This document shows, piece by piece, positions 1 through 20,523 of a DNA stretch of 64,000 bases. Numbering within the stretch: the stretch's first letter is position 1; each line of letters begins with the position of its first letter. Source of the stretch: the human T2T-CHM13v2.0 reference genome, Homo sapiens. The notes beneath the pieces are model-generated. The model worked only from the letters and a program-made list of their open reading frames with translations. It did no database searches and was not told where the DNA came from. The position numbers and the translations under genes were made by a program. The stretch is from NCBI RefSeq assembly GCF_009914755.1, contig NC_060926.1, one strand, 5' to 3'.

Positions 1-133
1 GGCTAGAGGGGGGTCAAGTGGGGAGCGTGGGATTTCTTGCTAATCCCTGCAGAGCTGGGCAAGGCAGGAATGGGAAGAAGGAAACGTATCACGGCAACCA
101 GGCCCCAGAAGTCGAGGCACCTTTCCCCGGTGA

Positions 134-532
<399 letters not shown>

Positions 533-1456
533 TGACCTGGTCCTGCCCCTGCTCCCCTCAGTCTCCTGTCTGTGAATGTGGACCTTGGGGTGACAGTGGT
601 GATGATCACAGTCAACTTTGCTCTGGGGCATTCACTAAAGGCTTCCCCATCCTCAGAGCAGCCCGGAGCAGGAGGTCAAACACCCAAATACCCACTCTGC
701 AGATGCAGTAGCTGAGGCCAAGAGGTAGCCCAGGGGCAGAGTCCTAAAGAGCCAGATACGGATTCAGGACCTACCTCTTACTCCTGGCCCCTTGAAGACT
801 TGTGGAATCAGAACAAGATCCCCCTTCCCCCTGCAGGCATTTGAGGAGTGCTGCTCCAGAGAGCATTGCCACTGAGGTCCCACCCCTGTCTGGCTTGGGA
901 GCTGGGAGTGCACAGCCTAGAGACAAGGCTCCCTCTGACCGAAGCCCCTGGAGAAGTAGGGCCATTAACACCCTGCAGGTGCATCGCATTATGCCAGAGG
1001 AGTCCAAACTGTCCATCAGAAAGTCTGTGTGATGTGAGCTAGTTTTTACGAAGCAAGGATTTTAAAACAAGCTTAGGAACAGTGGGTGACAGCACCCAGA
1101 TTTGAGTGGGGCACATAAGCCCATCCCTGTCCCCCACATGCCCCGCAAAGCCAAGGCCAACCTGCGTGGTCTCAGGCGAAGGGTTCTGGGAACACCTGGC
1201 TTCAAGCATCCCTCCTTTCCTTCTGGGATTTCAAGCCCCAGGGTGAGCTCCTGACTGTCTTGGAGATGACCCCCCCTCCCAATGCTACTTCCCCACCTAT
1301 ATGTTGCCAGAAGATGAGAAGCCGATATCCTCAGAGAATATGAGCAACCAGCCAGGATATCGAGACACCTGAAAAGTACGATTGCCTCAGAAAACAATAA
1401 TAAAAGTCCAGAAAATATGTATGATCGGAAGCAGAAGTGTAGAAGACAGACTAACA

Positions 1457-1682
1457 CAGGAGTTCAAGACCAGCAAGGGCAACATAGGGAGACCTCATCT
1501 CTACAAAAAAATTTAAAAACTAGCCCGGCGTGGTGGCACATGCCTGTAGTCCCAGCTACTTGGGAGACTGAGGCAGGAGATCACTTGAACCTGGGAGGTC
1601 AAGGCTGCAGTGAGCCATGAGCCTGCCACTGTACTCCAGCCTGGGTAGCAGAGCAAGACCCCACCTCATACAAAAAAAGAAA
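1457..1682 (+). mobile_element. 5'-truncated Alu (AluJ-like)
   Basis: caggagttcaagacc...tctacaaaaaa linker...cactgtactccagcctggg, A tail. Confidence 0.85.
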
Positions 1683-1828
1683 ATGGATTAACGGTATAAA
1701 ATAACCGTGACAAATTTACAAAGTAAACATGGCATTGGCCATCCAAAACAGGATCGATAAATTATTTTAAAAACAGTGGGAATAAGCAGATTAAAAACTA
1801 TAATAGTTGAAATAACAGACATAATTTA

Positions 1829-2264
<436 letters not shown>

Positions 2265-3327
2265 CTAAAGCTGAGATAATCGGAGCCCAAGAAGAAGAGA
2301 AAATGAAAATGTAAAGGATAAGTGGCTAGGGAGTTAAATTCCCAGAGTTCCAGATGAACAGCAGATTAAAAGGGCCCACAGAACGTCAGACAGGAGCAAA
2401 GGGGAAACAAACACCAGACACATTATAGTAAAATACGAGAATATCCTAGACAAACAGAAAAAGTTTTAACTTCCAGAGGGAAAATCAGGTCATGTACAAA
2501 GGAACAAGAATCAGCTTGACATCAAACTTCTCAACAGCAATATCAGATATAAGACAGTGAATTTTTTTAAATACTGAAGAGATCCATTTGGTTAGGGTGT
2601 AGACAGTCACAGAATACCACCACTGTCACTGTAATGTTAAAGGAACATCATGAAGCCTATGAAATCCTATCTTTTCACCTATTAAAGAGTTGAGGATGCA
2701 GAGAAGTTGAGGCTGTTGGCTGCTTTCATCCTCCAGCCAAATTTGTCATGCTGCAGGGGCAAGCACAATGGATTGAAATCAAGAGAAGCCACAGATGCAG
2801 AGAGTAAGTTCTCAGCACCTACCAGGTCTCACCCACAGGATCATTACAAATGCATGAGAAGCCAGGGACTGGTCTGTAAAGCAGAGATAGATTTCATAGT
2901 CTCACAAGGATTAGATTCCAAGTCCACCTGGAGGGAGAGGCCTGTCCAAATCCTTAAGCGTTTAAAACCAATCTTGAGCTGAAACTACTTAAAACTGCTC
3001 TAGCCCCAACCCAGCTCAACTCCTAATGATATCACAGGTCAGCTACTCAGCTTCGCTACCTAGTAGAGAATACAGTATGTTCATCCTAGTGTGAAATTTT
3101 CTACTTTGATTTCCACTGTTCTTATACGCACTATGTCTAAGAAGCAAGAAATGATGACACATAATCTAAAGAAGAAACAATCGATAGAAAAAGACCTTAT
3201 GGATCACCCAAGTGTTGGAATTTAGACAAAGACTTTAAAATTCCATGAAAAATTTTCTTTATGTTAAAGAAAAACGAGAGGCAGAATGATTGAGAGAATA
3301 GAAAATTTGAGCAGAGAAAAAAAGTAA

Positions 3328-3519
<192 letters not shown>

Positions 3520-3670
3520 TGAATAAATTGGATAGGCTTAACAAAATGGATACAACAAAATGGATACAACAGAAGAAAAAAAACCATAGAACTCAAAGAC
3601 AGGACAACAAAATTATCTAAACTGCAGATCAGAGAGAAAAAATAATTTAAAAATGAATTAGGAATTCTGA

Positions 3671-3990
<320 letters not shown>

Positions 3991-4175
3991 AAATAAGTGA
4001 ATGTTTTAAAAAACAGCATCAGAGATCTGTGGGACAATATCAAACAGGCAAACAAGCACATAATTGAAGTCCCAGAAATAGAGGACAGAATGGGCAAAAG
4101 AATATTTGAAGAGATAATAATTGGACATTTTCTAAAAATGAAGAAATACATCAACCCACAAATTCAAAAAGCTCA

Positions 4176-4810
<635 letters not shown>

Positions 4811-5772
4811 ACTTAATACCTAAATATCTTTATTCAGTCAAATTGTTATTCAAATGTGAGACCATAAAAAAATATATTCTCATACAAACACAGCTTCAGA
4901 GGCTTAGCAAAAAAAAGTGTCCTTTTCTGAAAGAAGTAAGATAATAATAAGATAATAAGATAAACCCAGTTAAGAGAAGGGAGAGTTATCAGATTTCATG
5001 GTAAGACTTGTCACTATCCAAAAGGAGAAAAAAGTAATCAGAAGAACATGGCAAATATTAAGATTGGAAAGAATTATGATAGAAAAAATACAAATATGAA
5101 TGGACTAACTCTCCAGGTGAGAGATTGCCAGATGTGGTATAAAACAAGCTAGCACTCTTAGACATTCCTAAAACATAAGACTATACAAAGAATGAAAGTG
5201 AAAGGAAAAAAATAGGTGTATACAAATCAAAGCTGGCGTATTAGCTATATTACTATCAGAAAAAGAAGAGTATAAGACGAAAAGCATCATTAAGAATGAG
5301 AGGGTGTCTCTCAATGATAATTGGTTCCGTTCACGAAGAAGATACAATTATTATAAATATTCAAGCATCTAATACAATAATCTCAATATATATAAAGCAA
5401 AAATTAAGAAACTGACATTAATACCAATGTTAGAAAAGAAGAAAATTTCAAACTTGATTAATTAAATGTCTGACTTCAGAAGTTAGGAAAAAAAATACGA
5501 AATGATGCTGAAAAAAGTAGAAGGAAAGAGGAATAAAGGTAAAAGCCATAATTAATGAAGTAGAGATCCAAGATACAAAAGAAAGGACAAGCCAAAATTA
5601 GTTCTTTGAAAAGCCTAATGTAACATGTTTAGTGGATATAGATTACAACAAAATTAATTATGTGCTTATGTATCAGCAACCAACAATTAGAAAATGTAAT
5701 TATAAAAAAGACAGATACAGAGAAAGATCAATGAAACCAAAAGCTATTTCCTTGAAAAGATCATTAAAATTG

Positions 5773-6089
<317 letters not shown>

Positions 6090-7289
6090 CTAGACTGATC
6101 AGGAAAAAAAGAGAGAAATTAGCAAGATCAAAATAGAAAAGGAGATCCTACCTCGTGTTTACAGTGGAGTCCTTTAAACATTAAAGATCCTGCCAGTACT
6201 TAAAGGACAAGAGAACACCTATGAGCAATTTTAGGCCAATGTATCTGACAACTTAGGGGAAATGGATACCCTGAAAGACAAATTACCAGAACTGACACAA
6301 GAATAATAGAAAACATATACAGCCTTATATCTGTTACACTTAATTTGTAATTAAAAACCTTCCTCAGAACAGCTGTGTCAGATTGCTTCACGGATGAATT
6401 CTACCAAATGTTTAAGAAAGGAATGATACCAACTTTGTACAACCTCTTTTAGAAAGAGCTACATATTTTTTAGAAAATCTAGGAGGGAAGAACACTTCTC
6501 ATTTGATACCAAACTCAATTGATACCCAACTTATTTGATAACTTCTCAACTCACCTTGATACCAAAACCAGACACAGACACTACAAAATTTGAAGTTACA
6601 GACTGGTATCTCTCAAGAACATAGACACAACAATCCAAACAAAATATTACTAAGTCAAGCTCAGTACTATATAAAAGAATGATACAGTCATGACCAAGTG
6701 GGATTTTTCTCAAGGACACAGGTTGGTCTAACTTTTAATGTCAATCAATGTACTTCATCATATTAGGAGATGAAAGAGAAAACTATATATCTCAATAGAT
6801 GCAGGAAATTATTTGACAAATTCAACTGGTATTTAAAATTCTTAGTCAACTAAGAGTAGAAGATAATTTCCTCAACCTGATAAAGGACATCCATTAAAAA
6901 CCTCAGCTACCAGTGTACTCAGTGGTGAAAGACTCCACCTGGAATCCGTACAAGGCAAGGTGTCCATTCAGTACGTATTCCCAGCATTTTCCTGGAGGCC
7001 CTAGACAGTGCCAGATGACAAGAAAAGGAAATAAAAGGAAGGAAAGGAAGAAAGAATTAGAGATCACATGATTGTATGCATAGAAAATCCTAAGGAAATT
7101 CTACAAAAGAAGCTATAGAACTAACAAGTGAATTCAACTAGATCCCAGGATACAGGGTCAGTATATAGAACCTGTTGTAGCAGTGAACACTTTGAAATGA
7201 AAGTGTTACATTAATAGCATCAAAAACATGATAAATTTTTAAATGCGTAAAAGGAACTATAAACATAAATGTAAAAGCTAAAACTATAA

Positions 7290-8056
<767 letters not shown>

Positions 8057-8710
8057 TATATAATTTTGTGTGGAAAATATAGGTAAATATATTTTTGACT
8101 TTGGGGTAGTGAAAGACTCCTTAAGCCACAAAAAGAATTTAAAAAGAAATGATGAACATACTTGACCATATGAAAATTAGAACCTAAATCCATAAACCTT
8201 AAGAAAGTGAAATCTAAACTACAAACTGGGAGAAGAGATAAATAGTCTCAAGACTACATGAAGAACTCTGATAAATCAATGAGAAAACAACCTAATAGGA
8301 AAATAGAAAAAAAAACATGCATAGGCATTTCATGGAAGAAGAGATACAAAAGGCCAACAAACATAAAAAGAAATATTCTATTTCATTAGTAATCAGGGAA
8401 ATGCAAATCAAAAGTGCAATGAGGTACATTCAGCTGGTAAATTTTCAGAAGTCTGAAAAGCCTATACCGGTGAGAATGTGGATCAACAAGATTTCTTATG
8501 CATTGCTGGCAAGAGTATAAATTGCTAGAAGCACTTTGAAAACAATGTGGCACTCTGCCTGTTGAGCAATCTGCCCACTGTTGCTCATTTACGTCAACTG
8601 TGTTCCAGCAATTGCACTTCTGGGTATAAACCTAAGAAAAACTTCACGTCTGCACCAGGAGATGGGAAAGAATATACACAGCAACATTTTTTGTAAAAGC
8701 AAAAAGTCTA

Positions 8711-9000
8711 GGCTGGGCGTAGACTCATGCCTGTAATCCCAGCACTTTGGGAGGCTGAGGCAGGCGGATCACGAAGTCAGGAGTTCGAGACCAGCCTGGC
8801 CAACATAGTGAAACCCCATCTCTACTAAAAATACAAAAATTAGTCGGGCATGGTGGTGGGCGCCTTTAGTCCCAGCTACTCGGGAGGCGGAGGTTGTGGT
8901 GAGCCAAGATCATGCCACTGCACTCCAGCCTGGGCAACGAGCGAAACTCCATCCCCCCAAAAAAAAAAAAAGAAAAAAAGAAAACAAAAAAAGGAAAAAG
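8711..9000 (+). mobile_element. Alu (AluS-like, right-arm deletion)
   Basis: dimer; TSD aaaagtctag. Confidence 0.88.
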
Positions 9001-9827
9001 TCTAGAACCAACCCAAAGACCCAGCCAGTGAGAATGGGTGAAGTATGATATAACCACACTGTGTAATGTTATTCAGCAGTGAAAATCTATGAACCACAGT
9101 GACCTACAGTGTGGAGTTCTCTTCTTCATATAATGCTGAGAGAAGACAATATATATCATGATGTACTATGAATAAAGTTCATAAACAACAAAAACATTCA
9201 CTATTGTTTAGGCAATTTATAAAATTTTTAAGCTAATTTTAATTACATATTTTACTGCCAGAAAACCTAGTTTTTAAAGACAAGGAAATTATAAACCCAG
9301 AGATTCTTATCGCAAGGGAAGAGAAGGGTACACGGTCGGATGAGCCCATTCAGCATTCTGGCTGCCGGGGTGGCTGCTAGTCCCAGATGTCACTAAGTCA
9401 TTACCATTTATTTACTTTTTAAGCATGAAATTAAACTTTAAAAAAATAAATATTTAAATTCAGGAGCACAACTCCCGCTTGAAAAGAAAGCTGTGGTGAA
9501 TCATTTAAAACCAAGATTTGTCCCAGATGGACTGGTTTCACAGGTGACTATTATACATTGAAATGGCAAGATGGGACATGAGACATTTTCTGTCAAACCC
9601 CTGAGGCCTTTGTCCTGTCGGCCTGAACCACTGGAATTAAGTCCCACAGCGTCTTCTGGGAGCCCTGGGGTGGTTTCGAGCCCGCCCTGCTGCTTCACAG
9701 ACACAGCCAGGCACTGAGCCCCAGGCCCACTGCCCTGCCCCGACTCCAAGGATATCCAGCCCTGGTCTCTGGCCTTTCCAACCACTGATGATGTATCATC
9801 GAATTCTGTCTGGCCCCTCAGGACTAG

Positions 9828-10064
<237 letters not shown>

Positions 10065-10599
10065 TGAGGCACTGGGTCCCCCGGACAGGTCTCTGTCTGG
10101 ATGGCCAGGGTGGCCACTGCATGCTTTCTCGGGCCCCTGCCAGCTCTGACATCCAAGACAAAGATTTTACAAATATCCCTTCCTGCACCTCCCCAGGGGA
10201 GACTGAGAGCCCAGCTGAGAAATGCTGGCCTGGCTTCAGGGCGCAGAGAAGGTGGGCGTCGGAGAGGGCAGGTCACAGTCTCTGACACCTGGTCGGTGCT
10301 TCCAGCCAGTGGAGGGAGGGGAGGCCTGCCCCATGAGCCCTGCACACTCTTGTACCTCGCTAGGGCTCTAAGCCTGAGAAACGCAGGGTCCAGGGAGGGC
10401 AAGGCCCAGGAAGCCGTGCCCAGTCGTGGCCCTGGGGAGCCTCCCATTGCGGAGTGGCCTGGAGGAAGGCATGGCCTGGAGGTGGGGCTTTGCCAGCAGG
10501 CAGTGGAGGTGGCATGCCTCCCGAGGAGGGGTGGGTTTGGGGCTGATGGAAGAAAAAGCACATGTCCTGAGTAGTTGCTCCCAGCTGGGAAAGGGGTAA

Positions 10600-11513
<914 letters not shown>

Positions 11514-11820
11514 TAGGCCCTGCTGCCCTTGGACAGGCCAAGTTTCTTGCACACCCAGGTCTGGCCCCTGGCTGTCCTTCCATCTGGAACATTCTCCCTA
11601 ATCAGCCCCCAGTGGGATACCTCCTGATGAGGCTTCCCTGACCACTGACCTCCCCTCCTCAAGCAGGACTGTCACTGGGGTGGTGGCCTGTCCTGTCCTG
11701 ATCCAGTGTCTCCTCCCCTCAGCCAGTCCGGCTGGTGGCACTCCGCTGTGGAGGGTGGAGGAGCTGCTGGGTTGGGCCCCGCAGGGCAGTGGAGGTGGCA
11801 GAACCGAAGGGAGGCAGTAG

Positions 11821-12084
<264 letters not shown>

Positions 12085-12365
12085 TGAGGGAGCCACGAGG
12101 GGGTCCCCTCTCCCTAGAGGGCCCAACGGTCTCCAAGGGCAGAGCGTCTGGCCGCTGCTTGCCCAGGCCCCTTCCCTGAGGAACAGGGAGGGGATAAAAT
12201 CCCCCGGTGGGCTTGAAACACGGTCACACATTCAAAAGTGTGACCCTCCTGGAGGTACGTGGCCAGGGACAAAGAAGGACTCTGCCAGCGATGGCTGTGT
12301 CAGGCCCAAGAGCCAGACCCGGCTGAGCCGCCGACGGGAGCCAGGCATGCATAGCTAACGGCTGA

Positions 12366-12800
<435 letters not shown>

Positions 12801-14731
12801 TAGTTCTTGCAGCAGCAAGACAGACAGCTGAGCTGGGGGTTGGAGGCACCGCCCTGCTGGAGACAGAGCTGTGTGGGAGTGGCCTTGGGTCCACAAGATA
12901 CAGGCATGGGATTGGGGCGCATAGAATCGAGCCAAGAGTGGGAGCAGCACAACCCCCAGGCATGGAGCTAGGAAGTGGGACTGGGGAGGAATGGGGGCTT
13001 CCCAAAAGGGTCCCTAGAAGGAGCCAGTGTGGGAGACAGGGGCCGCGGGGGTGGGCTTGGGGGGGCTGGGACTCTGGGGTGCTCTGAAGGCCTGGGGAGA
13101 GTTTGAAAGAGGCACCTGCTCACAGGGATATGTAGGCGCTGAGGTGTGCTAAGGGGAGGCATCGGTGGCTCAATCGGGAAGAGCCGTGGGGCAGGCCCTA
13201 GATGGAATGACAGACCCAGAGCCTCCACCTGGAGCTGGCACTGAAAGCTGTGACCAGATGTGACCCCTGAAGAGGGGGTCCTAGGAGGAGCCTCCTCAGA
13301 GCCTGAGCCACCAAGATTGCAGGGGAGGCCCGGGTTGTGCACAGCCTGTGGGGTTGTTGCCGTGTCGGGGAGCAGAAGATGCTGAGCGCTCTAGGGAAGG
13401 CGTCAGGGCTTAGCGGGCTTGTGTGCTGCTGGGAGGGATTCTGGGAAGGAGAAAGGAGCCCTAGAACATGGCAGTGGACGGACAGGGGCAGGGCCGGAAG
13501 AAAGCAGAGGGCTGGCCTTCCACGGAGCCCGGCCGCATCAGCTAGAGCACAGGGGATCTCGGAACAGGCTGGGCAGGAACCAAGTGGGGTGCAGGGCCAT
13601 GGGGCCATGGGACTCTCACCCAACATGCCTGTGGCCTCCAGACACAGGAGCAAGAATGGGGAAGGGGTGCTAGAGGCTCGAGGAAAGAGGAAAAGGTGCT
13701 GAGAGCACAGACTGCTGCGAAGTGGCGTGATGGATGGGTGGGTGGGTGGGTGGCCAGGGCTTCAGGGAGGCCTAAGCATCCAGCAGGGCCCTGCGGGGCG
13801 GCCACGTGAGTTTGGTGAAACCTATGGGTAGCATGGCGGGTAGGTGGGGAGGAGCTCGGCGGTTCTCACAGGAGGAAAGCCTCCTGGCCACACCTGGGCC
13901 CTAGCTTGATGCCAATGCCAAGGGCATTGAGGGACAGGAGAAGGCATTCAAGGCAGCTTGAGCCCACCCAGAGGCCCACAAGGGCCTGTCCTGCAGGAGT
14001 TGACCACCAAGGGGCTGGAGTTCCCAACACAGCAAGGACACAGAGCACACCTCGGCCAGTGGAGAGCCTGGGCGCATGTGCGGGTGGCACTGAGCAGGTG
14101 TCAGCAGGAGCTGCCAGGGGCTGAGTAGGGGTGGCTCGCCTGGGCTGTTTTAGGAAGAAGCACCTGCAAGGCCGCCCCATGTGAGATCTGCCCTCGGAAG
14201 GTATCTGGAGTGAAGACAGAGCCCGCCCTGCCCGCTGCAGAGTTGGGGCTCCAGCCAGCCATGGTGGGTGGAAGGGACCGCTGTCCACAGACCGGGGTGC
14301 TGAGTTGCCGGGAGCTGAGCGCTGCCCTCTGGGCTCTGCCTGGTGCATCAGCAGTGGCACTGGAGCTTCGGAGGAGACTGGCTGGGCGGGAAGCGGAGCT
14401 CACAAGTGGCCCCTTCCCTGCAGTTGCTGGGAGTTCTGTATGTCCGTCCTCCTAAGACAGCGTTGCCCAGACCAGGCCCGGATGTGTGCTCTTAGACCAA
14501 AATAGTCAACTGGCACAGAAAAGGGGAGGTCCGGGTTACTCATGTCCAGAGGGACTCCGGCCCATCCCCTGCCATGTCACTGCCACATCTAAATGGAGAC
14601 TAAGACCCCTGCCTCTGGTAAGACGGGCTGGCCCACAGCGGGCTCTGCAGCCGTCATGCTCACAGCGGGTTCTGCAGCTGTCAGCCCTGGAGGCCAGAGC
14701 CTGGGCATCCCACTCAGCCCGAGTTCCCTGA

Positions 14732-15052
<321 letters not shown>

Positions 15053-15356
15053 TAAGAAGGGACACCCAGAGCATGGGGCTGGGGTGAAGGCAGGGGTGGG
15101 GGCTCGGGGACACGGGGCCCAGGTCTCGGGCACATTCTCCGTGTGTGGACTGTACACCTGCCGCTCCTCACCTGAGCGGAGACAAAGGTCTCAGGTGAGC
15201 CAGCCTCAGACCCTGGAGGCTTCACTCCCGCCTCACCTCATCAGGGCTGCCAAGAGAGGATACACCTTGGTAGTGTTTTAAAGTGTCCAAAAAGAGCAGG
15301 AAAAGCTCAGAAAATCCGGGGGCACACTTTCCACACAGATCATGAGAGTGACTTGG

Positions 15357-15505
15357 CCCCTCAGAGAGCAGCGGCCAGCGAGGGTAGATGGTAGCAGCCC
15401 CGAGCTCTCCCAGGAGTCCCACAGTGGACCCCTCAGAGAGCAGCGGCCAGCGAGGGTAGATGGTAGCAGCCCCGAGCTCTCCCAGGAGTCCCACAGTGGA
15501 CCCCT
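15357..15505. repeat. Perfect 72-bp tandem duplication
   Basis: cccctcagagagcagcggcc...cacagtggac present twice. Confidence 0.93.
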
Positions 15506-15909
15506 GTGATTTGGTCGCCAACCAAAAAGAAAGCTTCCGAATCGTGCTCAGCGCAGGCAGGGGTGCAGGAAAAGATCGGAGAGCGAGTGGGAAGGAAGAC
15601 TCCAGCCAGCAGCTTCCTGGGGCTGGGGTGGCATTGGCCTCACGTTGTCCTGTGGTTTCCTGAGAATTTACATCAACTCACCTGTGCTGAGGGCCCATCC
15701 CCCATCCCTGCACAGTGACCACTTCCCCCTTCTCTGGCCTCTCCCAGCTGAACACCGGCCCTCTGACCATACTGTAGCAGCCCCAAGCGCACCCGATCCT
15801 CCTCCGCTGCCCGGACTATGGGTTGGCTTCCCGCCCTAGGAGCACACGGCTCTGAGGGCCATGAGTCTGCCCCTCGTGGAGGTTGCCTGGGCCACCAGCA
15901 GCAGGATGA

Positions 15910-16131
<222 letters not shown>

Positions 16132-16763
16132 TAGAGCAGCGCGGCCCCCGGCACACGAAAGGCCGTCTTCTAGAAGCTCTGGCTTCCTTCCAGCCTCCCC
16201 TAGTCCTCTCCAAAGCGTCCACAACACCAGAAACCCAGCCCCTGGCCTCCCAGATGTCTCTTCCGCTGGGGCCACTGGGCAGGAGCCGCTGGGCTGGGCT
16301 GGGCCCTTGTGCTGGGACAGCTGTCCAGGGCAGTCTCCATCTCTAAAGGCTCCTGGTAGCTCCTCAGCATGGAGTTCCTACTGGACACCGACCAGAGGGC
16401 CAGAGGACCTCACTGGGCCAGGGATACCCATGCTATCCAGGGCCCTTGTACCTTGCAACCAGCCCCCTCTAGCTAAGCTCCCTAAGTTCCTGGTGTCACT
16501 AGGCCCACACCCCCTCCCCAGTGCATGGGAGGGGTGACAGCATGGACAGTCAGCGCGCAGGGGAGGGACAGGTGAACTGGGCAGAGGGGAGGCTGCAGCT
16601 CCCTCTGTGAGGAACAGAGGCTTAAGCAGACCCCTGCCCACCTGTGCACTCAGATGCTGCCCGCCTGGCATGGGAAAGGCTGGTGGGGCAGGGGAGTCTG
16701 CACAGGGCTCCACGCAGCCAGGCTCAGGGGAACCGACTGTGCCGCAGGGAGGGCGCCAGCTGA

Positions 16764-17429
<666 letters not shown>

Positions 17430-18596
17430 TAGCAGGGGAGGAGTCTGTGTATGAAAGTGGAGGCTTTTCAAACCCACAAGGAAAGGAAGGACTCATGGGC
17501 AGGTGGCACCAACAACTGGAATAATAAGCACATTGAGCCTCAGTTTGTGCCGGACCCTCCCGTAGATCCCAGACAGGCCGAGCATCACCTGAAAACGGGT
17601 GCCGAGGGTGGCAGCGAGGAGGAAGCCCCCGGAAGTGGCCTGCATTGCAGCCCAGGCCTGACCCACGAAGAGCCACTGGACACAGACAGACAAAGGGCCA
17701 GGAGGCCACAGGCAGGGGCCTGCAAGGCAGGCAGGAATGCTGGGGAGCAGAGGCACAGGGCAGAAGCCGCTCGGAGTGGGGACAGATGCTCCGAAGGGCT
17801 CAGGTCTGCTCCCAAGTGCAGGGGTGGCCCTTCCAGGCTCCACCAGGGTCCCGAACGCCCCACTTAGGTCTTCCAAGTTCACAGAAGGAGCAGTGGGAAA
17901 ATGCAGGAGCAGAACAGGGAGAGAAGAAAGAGACGGAGACAAGCAGGGAGGAGAGGCCACGGCGGGACAGAGCAGAGCAGTGTGCGGCTCCCCAGGGAAG
18001 AGAGGGCTCTGACCCCAGGCTCCTCCCCAACCCGTGAGGCTGTGCTGGGGACACGAAGTGCATAAGCTTGCCGAGTTCTCAGACCCAACCCTGCCACCCC
18101 CACCAGCTTGGGGCCAAGCCCACCAGCCAGGCAGAAGGGGCAGGCTGGGACCTCTGTGAGCCGGCGTCAGAGTGAGAGGGAGAGGGAAGGGGAAGGAGGG
18201 CCCAGCCTGGGAGGCTGAAGGACGCTGTTAGGGTGACAGATGCACCCTCACTCTCAGGGCACATGCTGGGGTGGGGACTCCCAGCTGAAGCGTCCCATCA
18301 GGAGGCCACTGGGGAGAAGCACTGTGTCTCCAGGGCAGCCTGGGACCTGAGTCCGAGCCCGAGTGCCCAGCCCCTTGAGAACTTGAGTGACGGGCAGGGG
18401 CCTAGACTCAGCCCTGCCTCATGACTCCCAGGCCAGTGCACGCCTGTGTCATGGCTGCGCATGGCTCCTCCTCAGAAGGGATGCGGCGGGTGGGCTGGAA
18501 GGGAACCCAGGGCATCTGGGGAAGCCACAAGCACCTTGGATGACCACGGCCCACGCACATGCCCCCCTTCCCTTCTCCAAGCACGGCTGAGTGTGA

Positions 18597-18875
<279 letters not shown>

Positions 18876-18878
18876 TGA

Positions 18879-19301
<423 letters not shown>

Positions 19302-20103
19302 TAGGGCTCTGAGCTTTGTTTTAGTAAACCATGGGCAGGAGGCCATGAGGGTCTAACCCGCCACTCCGAGTGTGGTCCGGCAAATCCTCCGCCACTGTCC
19401 TGGCAAGATCTTCCCGGTGGCAGCAAGGCTGATGGGCCCAGGTGCCTTGGGCCCTTCCCACCGGGTTTACTGGGTGAGTGCCGCTCTGGGAATCTGCCTG
19501 TGATTCTGACACAGAAGCCCTGAGACATGTTGGCAGGAGTGAGGCAGGCGCGACCCTGCCCCAGAGGGGACCTCTCTGGCCCTTGCCTCTCACCTGGAAG
19601 GCCAGGTGGTCATCCTCATGGAACTCCCCAACAGAGCCTAGTCACCAGTTTAATGAACACGCTCTGAGCAAAAACTCCTCAGGCAGAGGAGGGAGGGAAA
19701 TGCAGCAAGGAGAGTGGCAAGCAGGGACCAGAGCCCTGGGGTCCCTGCCGCACGGTGAGCAGGGGAGAGAGCCCCCAGCAAGGTGTCTGAGGAGAGGGCA
19801 GGCAGCTGCCCGGGATGCCCAGTGGTGGGCAGGTGAGATCTGGAGTACAGAGGGGGGCCCGTTGTACTTGCAGCTATGGAAGCGGATATGAAGTGCCCGA
19901 GGGTGCGGTTGAGATCCCTGCATAAGAAGTGATGCAGTTGGGGGCGAGGGCATGAGGAAGGTCAGTACAGACTGAGGGCAGCTCAGAAAGAGCAGGGGGT
20001 GCCACAGCCTCCAAGAAGCAGGGGTGGAAGGAGAGGAATGCAGAATTTGACCCTAAGAAGAAAGCAACCGCATCAGCCGTGAGGATGGGGCCTCTCAGCA
20101 TGA

Positions 20104-20523
<420 letters not shown>

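Noticed and set aside
15373-15400. CTCF-like gtagatggtagca in the 72-bp duplication
   Set aside because: Lacks the 5' CC core; weak match
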